From NCBI GenBank assembly GCA_036172245.1, contig JAYWIR010000004.1:310001-374000 (forward strand): 64,000 bases of DNA. The letters are read 5' to 3'. This document shows, piece after piece, positions 11,439 through 22,933 of this stretch. The DNA comes from Raillietiella orientalis. Taxonomy: Eukaryota. The notes under the pieces were generated by a model. It did no database searches and was not told the DNA's origin. It worked only from the letters and a program-made list of their open reading frames with translations. Every line of letters starts with the position of its first letter. Within the stretch, counting starts at the first letter, position 1. The translations under genes were made by a program, and so were the position numbers.

Positions 11439-14199
11439 ACAGAAAGATTAGGACGGAGAACTCTGAAGAGACAACGAAGAAGAAAAAAAAAAAAACACAC
11501 AGATACAAACACAACAAATTTCTGCAATAGAGAACACTGCGGAACTCCAAATACTTATTTCATCCATCTTGGTGTAATTCGATCAGTGCTTCTGCTTCCA
11601 TGTGTGGAACTGTGAGCTGAATACAAAAAACTGCATTTCAAAAATGAAGATGAACGCCAGGTAACTAACTTTAAAGAAGTGCATCCTCAATCCACACGGC
11701 TCTGGAATCAGTAATTTCTGATTGTGTGGTTAAAAGAGATCCAGAAGAACCTGAAACGTTCATTGAATCATTCTGCAAGCCCAATACGATTTCTTGTTGG
11801 TTTGAAACCTTCCAAGTGATCTCAGTATGCTTTTCAAATGAATTCTTCGATTCCATTCAGTGATCCGTGTTTGTTTCAAAAAGATCCTTAATAGCTTGGG
11901 CTGCAAACTAATTTAGAGGTCCCATATCACCCTTCATGACTTTTGACGACTTGTTCGTGCATTTGTTCCCTAAACGAAATGACCACATTGGTGTTCTCTG
12001 GAGCCTCTTACTCAACACCTTGCTGGTTTCTCTGTGACGGGCAGTGGCGATGCAGAAAAGTCAATTATGCAAGACATCAAAAATGCCGATCATGAAGATA
12101 AATAATCTGGTGAGGGAATCTCACACCAAATCGAGGTGTTTGGGTCCAGACTCGTGGAGGGGCCGCGCAGAGGTCACAAGCTGGTCCACATGGTCCCCGG
12201 ATGAATTGAATGCTGACAAAAGGCTCGCATTTTTAGATGTTTACTTCACTCTATTTCCCGAACACCAAAAGACTTTTGGTGTGCATTGGCTTCAGCAAAG
12301 AAGTGTGTTTCTTCACTGAGCATCTGCGATCCCTTCCGCTGGAAATTCTGATGCTCCTAGTTGAAGGAATTTCCCTAAGGGCATATATCAACGATAGTCT
12401 CGTTTTTTTTGTTTTGTTTTTTCTTTTCTTATTGTATTTTAGTCGAAACTTTTAGATTGGGAAATAAAGGAGCATGGGAGCATTTTTCTTCGAAACATCT
12501 CATGTCTTTTAAGCTATTTTTATACGTTTATTTCTTCGCCTGTCTTCAACTGCCTGTGAGCACCATTAGGATTTTAAGATTTCTTCTGTTTTCAGACCCG
12601 CTTTTCCATCGTGGAATAGTAGACTACTTCTACCTCTCTCGATTCCCTCCAGACGCTGAAAATTTCTCAATGCACAGTTCCATTTGCTGTGGGCAAGAAA
12701 CGCCGCGCGTGATGTGTAATGACAAGGAAAGTTAAGAAGGAACGGAAAAATATGAGGGTGCAACATATCTGTCCCATGGTCTGAGGAACGGGAATGTAAT
12801 GAGGCGAAGATAAGGCAGGGTGATACTCAAAGGGTGAAATCAGGAAAGACATAAAGATTGGAGGCCGAGCATAGAAGGCGCAGAGAAAATTGTGATCCTT
12901 GATGGGAACATCTTCTGAAGCATTTCGTTCCTGAACAGATTTGTCTTCCTTGGCAATTCCATCCTTAAGTGAATAGGCATTTCTATAATATTAGTGGACT
13001 CGTCCTTCATTCTCCGAGAAGTGAAGGAAGGTGAGTTTTTCTTGTTTGCTCCTGATGAAACCCTAACCTGTCACAGACACGGGCGCATTCTCTGCTTCTT
13101 TACCTTTGCAAGCTGAGAACAAAAAACTGTAGGTATTCAAAGCAAGTACATAAGAACCCATAGCTGCTCAGCGTTCTCATTGCTTTTGAGTTCAGTTCGA
13201 TGCAGTCTACGTAACTGCCCATCACACAAGTTTACTCTGACAAAACTGACGATTCTTCAAGCCACGTTGGGAAGCTACCCCATTTCGACCCTTACAAATT
13301 GAGCAGTCAAAATAGAAGCTCCAGGATGCTTAGAATGCAATTTCGGTCTGGAATTTTTTTGATAGCGACAATCTATCCTGATCACAAGAAGTTTTACCCT
13401 CTCGTTCGGTACCCCCTGCTCTTTTCACCATAATTTGACTTCTGGGCGCCTTTTCCTTCGAATTTTGATGATTTTCGGGTATGCTTCTCCGCTAAGTATG
13501 ATGTCGTCGGTTAAAAAAGGAACACCACCATTTACAGCAAGCCTGTCCTGTAACAATCAAGGAGTTGTTACAACTAACAAGGACACAGGGATTCCGCTCA
13601 CTGATCCCTATTATCGTTGTGCCACCTCGAACGTCCTAAATCGTTACTTTCAAAGGTCTTCATGGCATGTTCGCTCCCTCATTCTGTTACCAAGTGGCTG
13701 CAATCAAACGGAAAAAGAACCAAATTAATTTCTGATTCTCGTACACCGAGCTTGGCAAGATCCAGGGAGCAGTGGTTTTGAGGACCGGGAAAACATCTCG
13801 AAAGTAATGGAATTAGGCCGGCTGTATCCCTTCCCTCAAAGGCACATGCGAGCATCCAGTCGCAGTACAACCAATGCCCTGATCGATGGGTGGGTCATTC
13901 CGTGTGCCATCTCAACAAGTCGAAAATTCATCTTCCGGCGTCCTTTACAGATGTCAATGATCACACTGCAGCATCATGAGGAACTGGCTAGAAATTCAGT
14001 ATGCAAATGAAAGCACATAAACAGAAAATGGTCCCAGTCAAAACAGATTTCAGCACAAAGAACCATGGCATCCCTCCATCTCATTTCTGTGATCTGATGT
14101 CTGGAATTGAGAAACAGCATCGATGTATTTCGAAAGAAATCGAGACAGAAAACAGTGAATCAGGAAACAGAGAACTTTTCATTTTTTTTCCCTATGAGC

Positions 14200-15650
14200 T
14201 GAGCTGGCCAAAGAAATCGCGTGTCATGAAAACCGGGAATATCAGGAGATCCCAATGGAAAATCATAATCCCAATTAGTTATAAATTTGATCCTGGAACT
14301 CGAGGAAAAAATAATAGCAACTCTGCAGTCATGGAAGTTTCGGGAGCAGTAATCAAATATACCTTCTCGATGCATATCGCAAGGTCCTATCTTTTTAGAT
14401 AAACAAACTCATGGCAAAACAATGATCCACATGGATGTGGAAACTGTTTTACGTAATAAAATCAATCTCATTTATGCAATCTTTCGAGAAGTGATCTTCA
14501 GGAATACAAGACCTGAGAAGAAATCTCACCGAGCACGTGGCAGATGCATGACATTTGAACTTTTGAGTGACGACGAACCAAAACTCAAGATCGGATGAAA
14601 AAAGGTCCATCCCAAAACTTGAACCTAAGGTACTCATAATCAAGACCTTAGCGGAAGAAAAAAGCCAAGGGGTGGATGCCGAGTTGTAGAGGAGGTAATC
14701 ACATCAACTCCACAGACAGAAAGAGTAAGCACAAGGAAGACTCCATCCATATCTTTGGAGTATTCCTTGTATTCTGGCATCCTTGTATTCTTACATCAAT
14801 AAAGACTATGAATGCTGTATCAGAAAATTCAGTGAGGAATACCTGATATCATGCTACAAACAATTTACAGAGGCTGTTGGAATGTACTGACTCATTCAAG
14901 TGGGAAACTTCAATCGTCCAATCTCTAAGAAGAGTCAACAGGAAGCAATAGATTGTCTCTTGACAGCAATGAAAAATGCAATAAACGAAACATCCTAATA
15001 ACCGGAGATGGAGGTCACACGCCTCAATTCAAGAGGACCATTTCCGTGAGGGAGCTGGTGCCTTGCCGCTCGGAGAGGAGCTGAAACCCAAGAATTTCTT
15101 TGGAGGATTCTTACTTGGAGCTACACTACATCGTATGCAATTCAGAGCGGCTAGGTGTGAAGCCCACACTCCACCTGTGGGAAAAAGTCACACCTGAAGC
15201 TCAAGGTGGAACTTATAAGACTGGAGAGACATTCTTGGAAGAGATCTTGCGGACTGAAAAACACGTGCAGAATGAGGAGCTTGCAGTACATGCGTAACAT
15301 CTCGACACCTCTGCTCCATTGGATACAGCAGGGTACGCCATTCCCCAGTGGCCGAGGATGCTACTCCTATGCTGTCCTCACCTGCTGTTGTAAAACTAAC
15401 AGTGCAGTGTACCCTGCAGGACCGAACTAGAGTAGGTGGCCAGCCGAAGACTAGCGCAGACTTCCCAATCAACAAGCAATACCCACCATGGCGACGAGGG
15501 AAGCGTCCATTAGCCAAACGTTGGTGTCCTACGTGACGATGGCATCCTTCAAGGAAATGCCGCCGCGTCCGTATCAACCAGCAGAACAGGCATGTTGAGA
15601 ACATGCATGGAAATACGAACCCCTAGGAAATGTAGGTCCACACTGTTACT
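14200..15650 (+). mobile_element. Heavily decayed Ty3/gypsy-like pol remnant
   Basis: Motif relics in pol order: ISYKFDPGT (protease DTG-like), LQRLLECTDSFKWE (RT-RNaseH connection), TPFPSGRGCYSYAVL..DRT..RWP and PYQP..N..VENMH (integrase). Many stops and frameshifts. Confidence 0.4.
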
Positions 15651-16599
15651 CTTCAAATGGGAGTCATTCGTCACAGCGCGTTGCACGACATCAATCCCCG
15701 CGTCATGTAAGACAAAGCATTCCATTATACCAAAGCGACAGAGTTGATGGATTTCCGGCGTGCATCAGCCTCAATGGGAAAATGATAAGGAGCGTGAAAA
15801 AAGATGCCAGGACCGGACTCCCTACGGCCTCAGCTTTTCTCTCCCCAGAAGACCGTCTGGGAGTGCTTTGCCCCATGCCGCGAAGCACAAAAAATTCTGA
15901 GGAAAAATGTGATTGAGAATGTCTTCTTGAAAAAAAATGTTGTCAAGATCTAGGTACACAAGGATGCAGGAATCCTTGGAGTAGATGCCCACCGAGGATC
16001 TCGGGCCTGTACGCGCAAGCCACGTGCCAGCACCAGCGGGATGTTGTCGTAACTGCGGTTTGGCCACAGAGTGGCTAGTGTGTCCGAAGGCACGTTGTTA
16101 GAAGTGTAGAAAGATTGGCATTCCCGTTGGCTGGAGACTCTTAGGATCACAGAACCGTGACTGCCCCTCTCCTGTGTCACTGCACAACTTTGGCCCTGCA
16201 AAAAAGCGAGAATCTGTCCCTACCAGAGGTCTACTAACACTTCAAGGAGGTCAGAGAGTGGCGGTCCAAGTATGCAGGGATCCCTCACTCTGGAGAAACT
16301 GCAAAGCAGCATCCAGGGATTAGAAAAACTAGAGAAAGAAAAAGCTAACGAAATCGTTAGGGTGATTATCCACATCTAGGGGTAAGTGGACGATCAAATT
16401 CGAAGAAACAGCTGGGAGTTAAACATCTGAGAAACACCTCAGCATCATCTTATTGCGATGATGTCCACACAATGATGTTGAAAAGATAAATGAAGAAGAG
16501 AGCTGTGAAAATGAAAACCCTTTCTTTGGTTTTCAGTTCTCCGGCTGCACACGGTGACCCATCCATCCCGGGGTGCTGTGTGCTCGAGCACACCATTTA

Positions 16600-17090
16600 T
16601 TTTCTGATGCGTTCCGACTGCTTATTGGGTAAATTGAACTCCCTCAGCTTCATCTCTCAGACGAAGATCCTTCCACAATGCTCTTGCAGCAGCAGTCTCT
16701 CCTTTGGAAGCCGGGTGGAGGATCCATCGCCAAGACTCGCTCCCCTTCTTCTTCTGCCTTGCCTTTTCCTACGCTGCAGATCCAGGGGAGCAAGCGACGT
16801 CCAGTGCAACTGCATTTTCTCCGTCCTGGAACTCCAGATCCGGCTTGCGCTTTAAATCTCTTCCCGGAGCAGTCGGTCTGGTGGGAGGCTACCAGTTCCT
16901 GGGATTTCTAGGCAGCCTTCCCGATTTGGATCTCCAGCTTGTCATGCCTCGCCGCAGCCACCTTCTGTTCGCCCTGCTTTCCGAGAGGGTGACCCGACAA
17001 GAACTGGTTTTGCCGAATCCTCTTTGAGCCATGATCTCAACTTCAACGTGGCACCTGAGCCGCATTCTCCATGATCCAAGGAGACGCCTT
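16600..17090 (-). mobile_element. Decayed 3' end of an RLE-type (R2/NeSL/R4-like) non-LTR retrotransposon
   Basis: Minus-strand frames give RCHVEVEIMA (CCHC knuckle relic), ARHDKL, and KRKPDLEFQDGENAVALDVACSP...EKARQKK (PD..D..K restriction-like endonuclease), interrupted by stops and frameshifts. Confidence 0.55.
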
Positions 17091-18110
17091 GCGGCGTAGA
17101 GCCAGTTACCATGACGGCTAATTATAAACGCTCCAGTTGTGACGCAACAATGGTGCCGAGATTGCTTAACAATGCGCTTCGCCGGGATCGGCGCCCACGT
17201 CGCGGAGCATCAAAAGCAGGAGTGGCAAATGGCACGGACAAAAGGAAGAGCTGCGTAGAGATTAAAGTGGGAACCTAAAGCTGGGGTGGGTGACCGTGGG
17301 GCGATCGTCCCTGAGCCCAAGAGCCTCCTTCCTCGCGGGTTGCACCCAGGCGACCAATGGGTGATTCCTTGGGAGATCGGGAAGCAGCAGAACTCGTGGA
17401 GTGCGCGCTTTATGGGAGGGCAGGGGGACAGGAAAGGCAAATCGTAGTGCACCCCCTCCTTCCCCTTCCCGTGAACCCCTTGCGGGGGAAGCGCCACTGG
17501 CTTTCTGTCACGCTGGGAGCCCTCCGTCCGGGGGCCAGAAGACAGGTCCTCGTGCTGGGGTGTCGCCGTCGTCGAGGGATTGCGAGTCGGAGCTCTGGTG
17601 GCGCTGCAACAGCGCTGAAGAGCGGTCCCCGGGAGCGGCACGCAGATCGTGCCGCCGGTGGCGTCGCACCGGAGCCGGAGAGCGGCTGCGCGGCGCGCAC
17701 AGGTCCCTGAGTGGCAGGCGAGTCTGGTCCGGGAGTGGGTCGCGAAAGCGCGCTATCTTTCTTGCAGGGGCGGATCTCCAGGTGACGGCGGCGGCAAGGA
17801 GAGAGCATCTGGCGCTTCGACGGCGCGTGCGTGGGAGGGGATGGGGGTGGCGAGGAGCCGCCGCAGGTCCCCCCCGACGCGAGTCACTCCGCGAGGCGGG
17901 GATTCTGCAAAGCAAGATGGCGTCCGAGGAGCATCCCTGGTGGCGCGACTCCCCCTCCCTCCCCCTCTTGCGCGCCTCCATAGGAAAGTTCGAGCCGAAG
18001 GAGTCCCTGATCCCTCCTGCTAGAGGCGGCGCAGCGAGCGTGGCCGAGGCCACCCCTTTATTTCTCGGAAAGAGGGAAGACGGCTATGGCGCCCGGCCGC
18101 CTAAAGAGTC

Positions 18111-19203
18111 TTAGTCCTCATCATCGGGTAAATGGGACGGGTCGATCCTGAGCTCGTCCAGGGTCTCGTTGAGCCTGGCAAGGAACCACTGCGAGGCCTC
18201 GATGCGCTCCTGCAGGACGGAACCCAGCTGCACCAACAGCCCTCCCGCGCTGTCCTGGAGGGTCTGCGACGCGAGGTTGCGGAGGATGTTGAAGAAGGTC
18301 TCCGTGAGGGAGCTGGTGCCCTGCCTCTCGGCGAGCGCCTGGTCCCGGAAGGAACGGAGCACGGTCAGCAGCGTCCTCGTCTCCTCCGAAGTCGCGTTCG
18401 AGGACCTCAGGACGCACGAGCGGTGGCTGCGGAAGCGGCACGCCAGCGCCTCGGGGTCGAAATAGAGAGGGTAGGGGCACTGCAGGCGGTACAGCCTGCT
18501 CTGGGAGCAGCGGTAGAAGGAGGCGCAGTCGATGGGGTCGCTCCTGAGGGGGGGAGAGAAGGAGCAGGGCTCTTTCTTCTCGGAGGCGGCGCCCGCGGGT
18601 GGTGGGGCTGCAGGTGACCTGGAACGGGAGATCGCGAGAGGCCCGACGCTTTTTGCTGGAGGCAGTGCGTCAGGTTAGCAAGACGGCCGGCGTGACCCAC
18701 CCAAAGCAGGGGGGGGAGCGGAGCAAGGAAAGCGCGGAGAGCAACCTCACTCTTGTCCCCCAAGGGGGACAAGAGTGAGGATCTTCCGAGGGGGACGCAA
18801 GCCTTAGTCAGCAGGGGTGCCAGATCCCAGCCGGGACAGGTCGAAAACGGCTTACCACAGCGACGAGGACGAGCAGTTCACTTCCGAGGGCAGGTCGCAT
18901 ATGCGGAGGGCGAGGTTGAAGATCAACGGGCGGGGGCAGGAGAACACTGCCGCTTTCCGGTCGTGGCACAGGTGGAACTCTGAGCACGAGCCGGAGAAGA
19001 AGGGGTTCGCGTCTCTGCTACCGGACGTGCACTCCCTCAGGAACCGGGAGTATGCCTGACCCCATTCCTCTGCAGGCGGGACTCCTCCTCCTTCGGGTCC
19101 TTTCCCCGGGACTGGGTGGGGCGCGCCGTTGCTTGCCGTCTCGGTGCCCGACCTCGGAGCGGCAGCGGCCGCCGCAAAGAGGAAAACGCTCAAGTGCAAA
19201 ATC
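18111..19203 (-). CDS. Cluster gene A: secreted protein, signal peptide + 2 CBM14 (peritrophin-A) domains + C-terminal helical domain (exons 2-3; ~286 aa with first exon)
   Basis: Exon 19203-18856 (ttccag|G ... TG|GTAAG) encodes ILHLSVFLFAAAAAAP...CTSGSRDANPFFSGSCSEFHLCHDRKAAVFSCPRPLIFNLALRICDLPSEVNC. Exon 18618-18111 (ttccag|G) continues in frame with CSFSPPLRSDPIDCASFYRCSQSRLYRLQCPYPLYFDPEALACRFRSHRSC and then LLTVLRSFRDQALAERQ...RLNETLDEL. AATAAA at 18062-18057. Confidence 0.88.
18745..18780. repeat. Perfect 17-bp inverted repeat in an intron of gene A
   Basis: cctcactcttgtccccc-aa-gggggacaagagtgagg. Confidence 0.9.
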
Positions 19204-22200
19204 CTGGAAGACCGAGAGACTACGTCGTTTCCTTGGCAAGAATTTTGTTTTCTTCTTCCTTCCTTTGGAGAGGGGGGAAGAGAAAAGGGGATGAGAAAGG
19301 GATAGGGAGTCGTCTGGATCCTCTGGTGAGGTAAAGGCGTCACTGAAATGCACACTCACAGCATGTACGTGTATATACATGTATATACATGTACGTGAAT
19401 ACGAAAGGAGATTTTCTGGTCAGCGCCGGACCGAACATCACAGAATACCTCAAAGCTGCCCCCCTGAGTTTCCTTGCTGATCTGCGTGGTTTAGCCGATC
19501 GCCCTTCGAGTGTGCACTATTTGGTAGCCAGATGACCTGAGCACCCATCTATGCGTACACGCCCGCGTACGCATAAAACACACACGCACGCACACACACC
19601 CGTCCACTCCATACACCCCTCGAGGAAAAGAGACGTCTTTCCTAGCGGGAGCAGTCTAGAAGATTCCGAGCTCGCATCACTGAGGGAAACACCTAAAAAA
19701 TCCCTCCCGGCTGAGCGCACGAGACGTCTGGTTCCTGCAGCGATCGCCGACGGAAGAGGAACGAATGCCGTTGGTCAACGGGACGGTAAAGGTTTTCCAA
19801 GTGGCAGCGCTGACCGGTAATGCCCCATTCGGAGCTCGCTGGGTCGACTCGTGCACCTACGGGCAGGCGGGGTCCTGCGCACTGCCTTGCTGTTTCTAGC
19901 GCTGGCACCCGAAGCGTAGATGCCGGCGTCAAGAAGACGTTCCGGGGAAAAAGACTCCCAAGCGTGCGATCAGAGAGATGCAGTGGAGATGATGATCCGC
20001 ACCAACGGATTATCGCGAAAGGATGCCACCCCTTTTTTTGGTGAGGGGGGGGGGGCTTCGAAGGCGGAATTCTTTACTGGATAAACATGTTCCGGTAGCA
20101 GTTAAATGCACGCGCCAGGGCAGCTGAACAACAGCAAACTGCCCTCTCAGCAGCAGCAGGGACGCGAGCCATCTCTGCCGACAGCCTCAATGCAAGAAGC
20201 TCGCACGCTGTACCCATGCTCCTCATTCTTGAGATGAAGAGGAAGGAAAAGTCACGGTGCCTTTCTTTCTTTTTTCGGAAGTGTTGCTCCTGTTCCCAAC
20301 AGATGAGTCACCCCTGTCCATCCGGACCTAGGACACCCTGAACAAGAGTCCTTTGCAAGTTAACGATCTATCCCTGCAAAACAGGCATTCTTAAGAAGTA
20401 GCTGGAGTTCGGACAGTCCTGACTTGTGCGCCTCACGAAGGGGAAGAACGCGTCTGGAATGAACTGAGATAGAAAAGTGCTAGGACCTTGTTACACGAGA
20501 CTGAGTCTACCGAAAGCCACCAGATACATGATTCGTGTGGTCTTTACAATCTTGTCGTTCTTACACCAAAATGTTTCTACGGAAGACGTACTTTGCCTCA
20601 TTTCATGTGTTTTCTTTGTGCTTTCTTACACGACTTCAGGCTTAGCGTAGGTTGGGGTGGGCTGGGAAGGTTATGTGCTCAGTTTCGCAAATCTTGGTAA
20701 TTGTGCTGGAGAGCGCGCCCATTCTGGATAGCAACGCTCACCTAAGCTCTGCTGTGAGTTTCGGCTGCAGCTCGAGAATAATGACGTCCTTCCTACAAGT
20801 ACTGATTCCCCTACACACCTGGAACCGCTCAGCCAGAAAGATTGCCTCAGGATCCACACCTTTCAGGGTTCATTGCAACAAGAGCATTGCGAAAGTGAGA
20901 TCAATTTTTCCAACGCGGAAATGACCCCCTGCTTGGGATGCACGGTGGACTCTTGTTGGAGGAGGTGTTGTCGGCGCTGTTCAGTTCCGACAACTGAATA
21001 ACGCGTGATTTCAAGAGTTCTGGAGAACGCTTCTTCCAGGGAATGGAGCTCAACGTCACTGTCTCTGAGTACGACTGGCTCCACTGCTAAGCCATCTTGT
21101 TTGAGCAGTCGTTAGCAGCAAGAAGGTTCCAGAGAAGCCTTCTCGAACGCTGCCTTACCCGTCCGCAAAGGAGAAGACATCTTGCTCCGAAGGACAGCGA
21201 GGAAAACTGGACAGAGGACGAATTCTCGTCAGCAGTGAGTCGGTCCTAATCACTTCTTGCTTTCCTCTACGCGAAGGCACACTCTTTCCGAAGCCGCACG
21301 CACATCTCAGCGGATGTTTTCACCCGAGATGCTCGAAAAGCATCGGGGAGGCTGAGCGTGCGATTTTTCGATTCCGCACGCTTGCCGACAGGTCGAGACA
21401 GGGTGCGCTCTCGGAGCTCCCGGGTCATCACCGGAGGTTCTGTGGACCGGGAAGAGAAGTGTTCGACGAGGTGTACGCAACACAGAAGGCGGTGCATAAG
21501 AAGACCGTCGTCTCCCGTTGGAGGGGAACACAGCCGCGTGAAGGAACAACGATCCTCAGCAGCTGCTGGATGCAGCAACGGAAGACTGCTGAAGGACCGG
21601 AAAAGATTTAATGTGTGCAGCTTCGAGTGATCCCACTTCGGATATAAAAAAAAAAAAAAAAAAAACTACGAATCACAATTGCTGAACCTTCGCCATTCGG
21701 TTTCCCGTAATTCTGATTGAACGCATTTTGGCGGAATTTCTGTTGACCCTTACTACGTCATAGACTATTGTATTTTATTGCTATTCCATGCATTTATAGT
21801 AGTCATGAACTGAAGCGTATCTGCATTTCTAATATGCAGTTATAAAGATTATGTAAATTGCCGTGCGTAATACAGAATTATCTGGATAAACAGTGATGAT
21901 TTCAGTTGAATTGAATGGAGCCTTTTATGGATACATTTTTATATATGCATATATAAAAATGGATTGCAAATGTTCTAAAATGGCATTCAGGAGTTTCCCC
22001 TTACTTCTCCACTCACGTTCTGTAAGGAAGAAAAATTCTTTTTGGGATTTCTATGGTAGAATGAACACACGTAGACGTGCTTATTCTACCCAAGTGACGA
22101 TCATGTGAAGGAGAGGTCTTGCTCTATAAGAAGTGATCCCATTAGTGGAGCCGTCCAGGATGACCGCGAAAACAAATCGAAGAGAAAGCGATGGTAGAGA

Positions 22201-22928
22201 GGACCCTTCATGACAGAAAAAGGAGTGATAAAGAAAAAAATAGGGAATTCCAGAGCTGGACTTGGGCACGAAATCTCCTAGTACGTTGGAGAATTATCGT
22301 TTGAGTTCTTCGAGTCTTCGGTTGCCGTACTCGATGAATGTTGAGAAGGCTGTTGTTTTTCAGACGGTCATGTTTCCCTCCGGCGGAAGACGACACTGTT
22401 CGCCCCGAACATGCTTTCTCTATTGCGTCTCCATCGAACAGTTTCTCCCGGCAGGGAGAGAGGACGCCGGCGATGATTACCCGGCAGTTTCGAGAGCGCG
22501 CCCGAACACCGGAAGTTTGCCAAAAGTCCCCTGTGCCGGAAGTGCCAAAGAGCCTCGTGCAAGAATTTCGAAGATTCGGCGTTCGCATTCCCTTCTTTTT
22601 AGCTCACGAGAGACCTGTGCTGTTTGCAGATTGGCAGGGTTTTCAAACAAGCATCTCTCATCTCACTCTCGAAAGGAAAAGTTCCTCGAAGGCACCTCTG
22701 GGACGCATGAGGAAGAGCTAAGCTCTGCGCCGGACCACACAAACTCCATCCCCCACTCGCATGACCATTACGAAAGGCAAAACATTGCACACCCAGTTGT
22801 TGCTGCTACTATTCTGGTCTTTCAAGAAAAATACTAAGCGGCTTGCTCTGTTCGAGAAAATGACGCTAGTGGTTGCAGCTTTACGCTGGTCGAGAAGAAA
22901 TGCGAAGGGTATGAATTGAATTTCTTAC

Positions 22929-22933
22929 CTCAT
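22929..22933 (-). CDS. Candidate 5-nt coding first exon (ATGAG|GTAAGA) of gene A
   Basis: Same ATGAG|GT micro-exon as in the paralogs, strong donor, A at -3, and TCAGTT (Inr-like) ~30 nt upstream; gives MR-ILHLSVFLF. Alternative candidate: ATGCT|GTGAGT at 19364-19360. Confidence 0.5.

Noticed and set aside
11700..13960. Further integrase-like relics (11700-11960 minus GDMGP..FAAQAIKD; 13860-13930 plus NALIDGWVIP)
   Set aside because: Too degenerate to delimit as elements; probably more gypsy debris.
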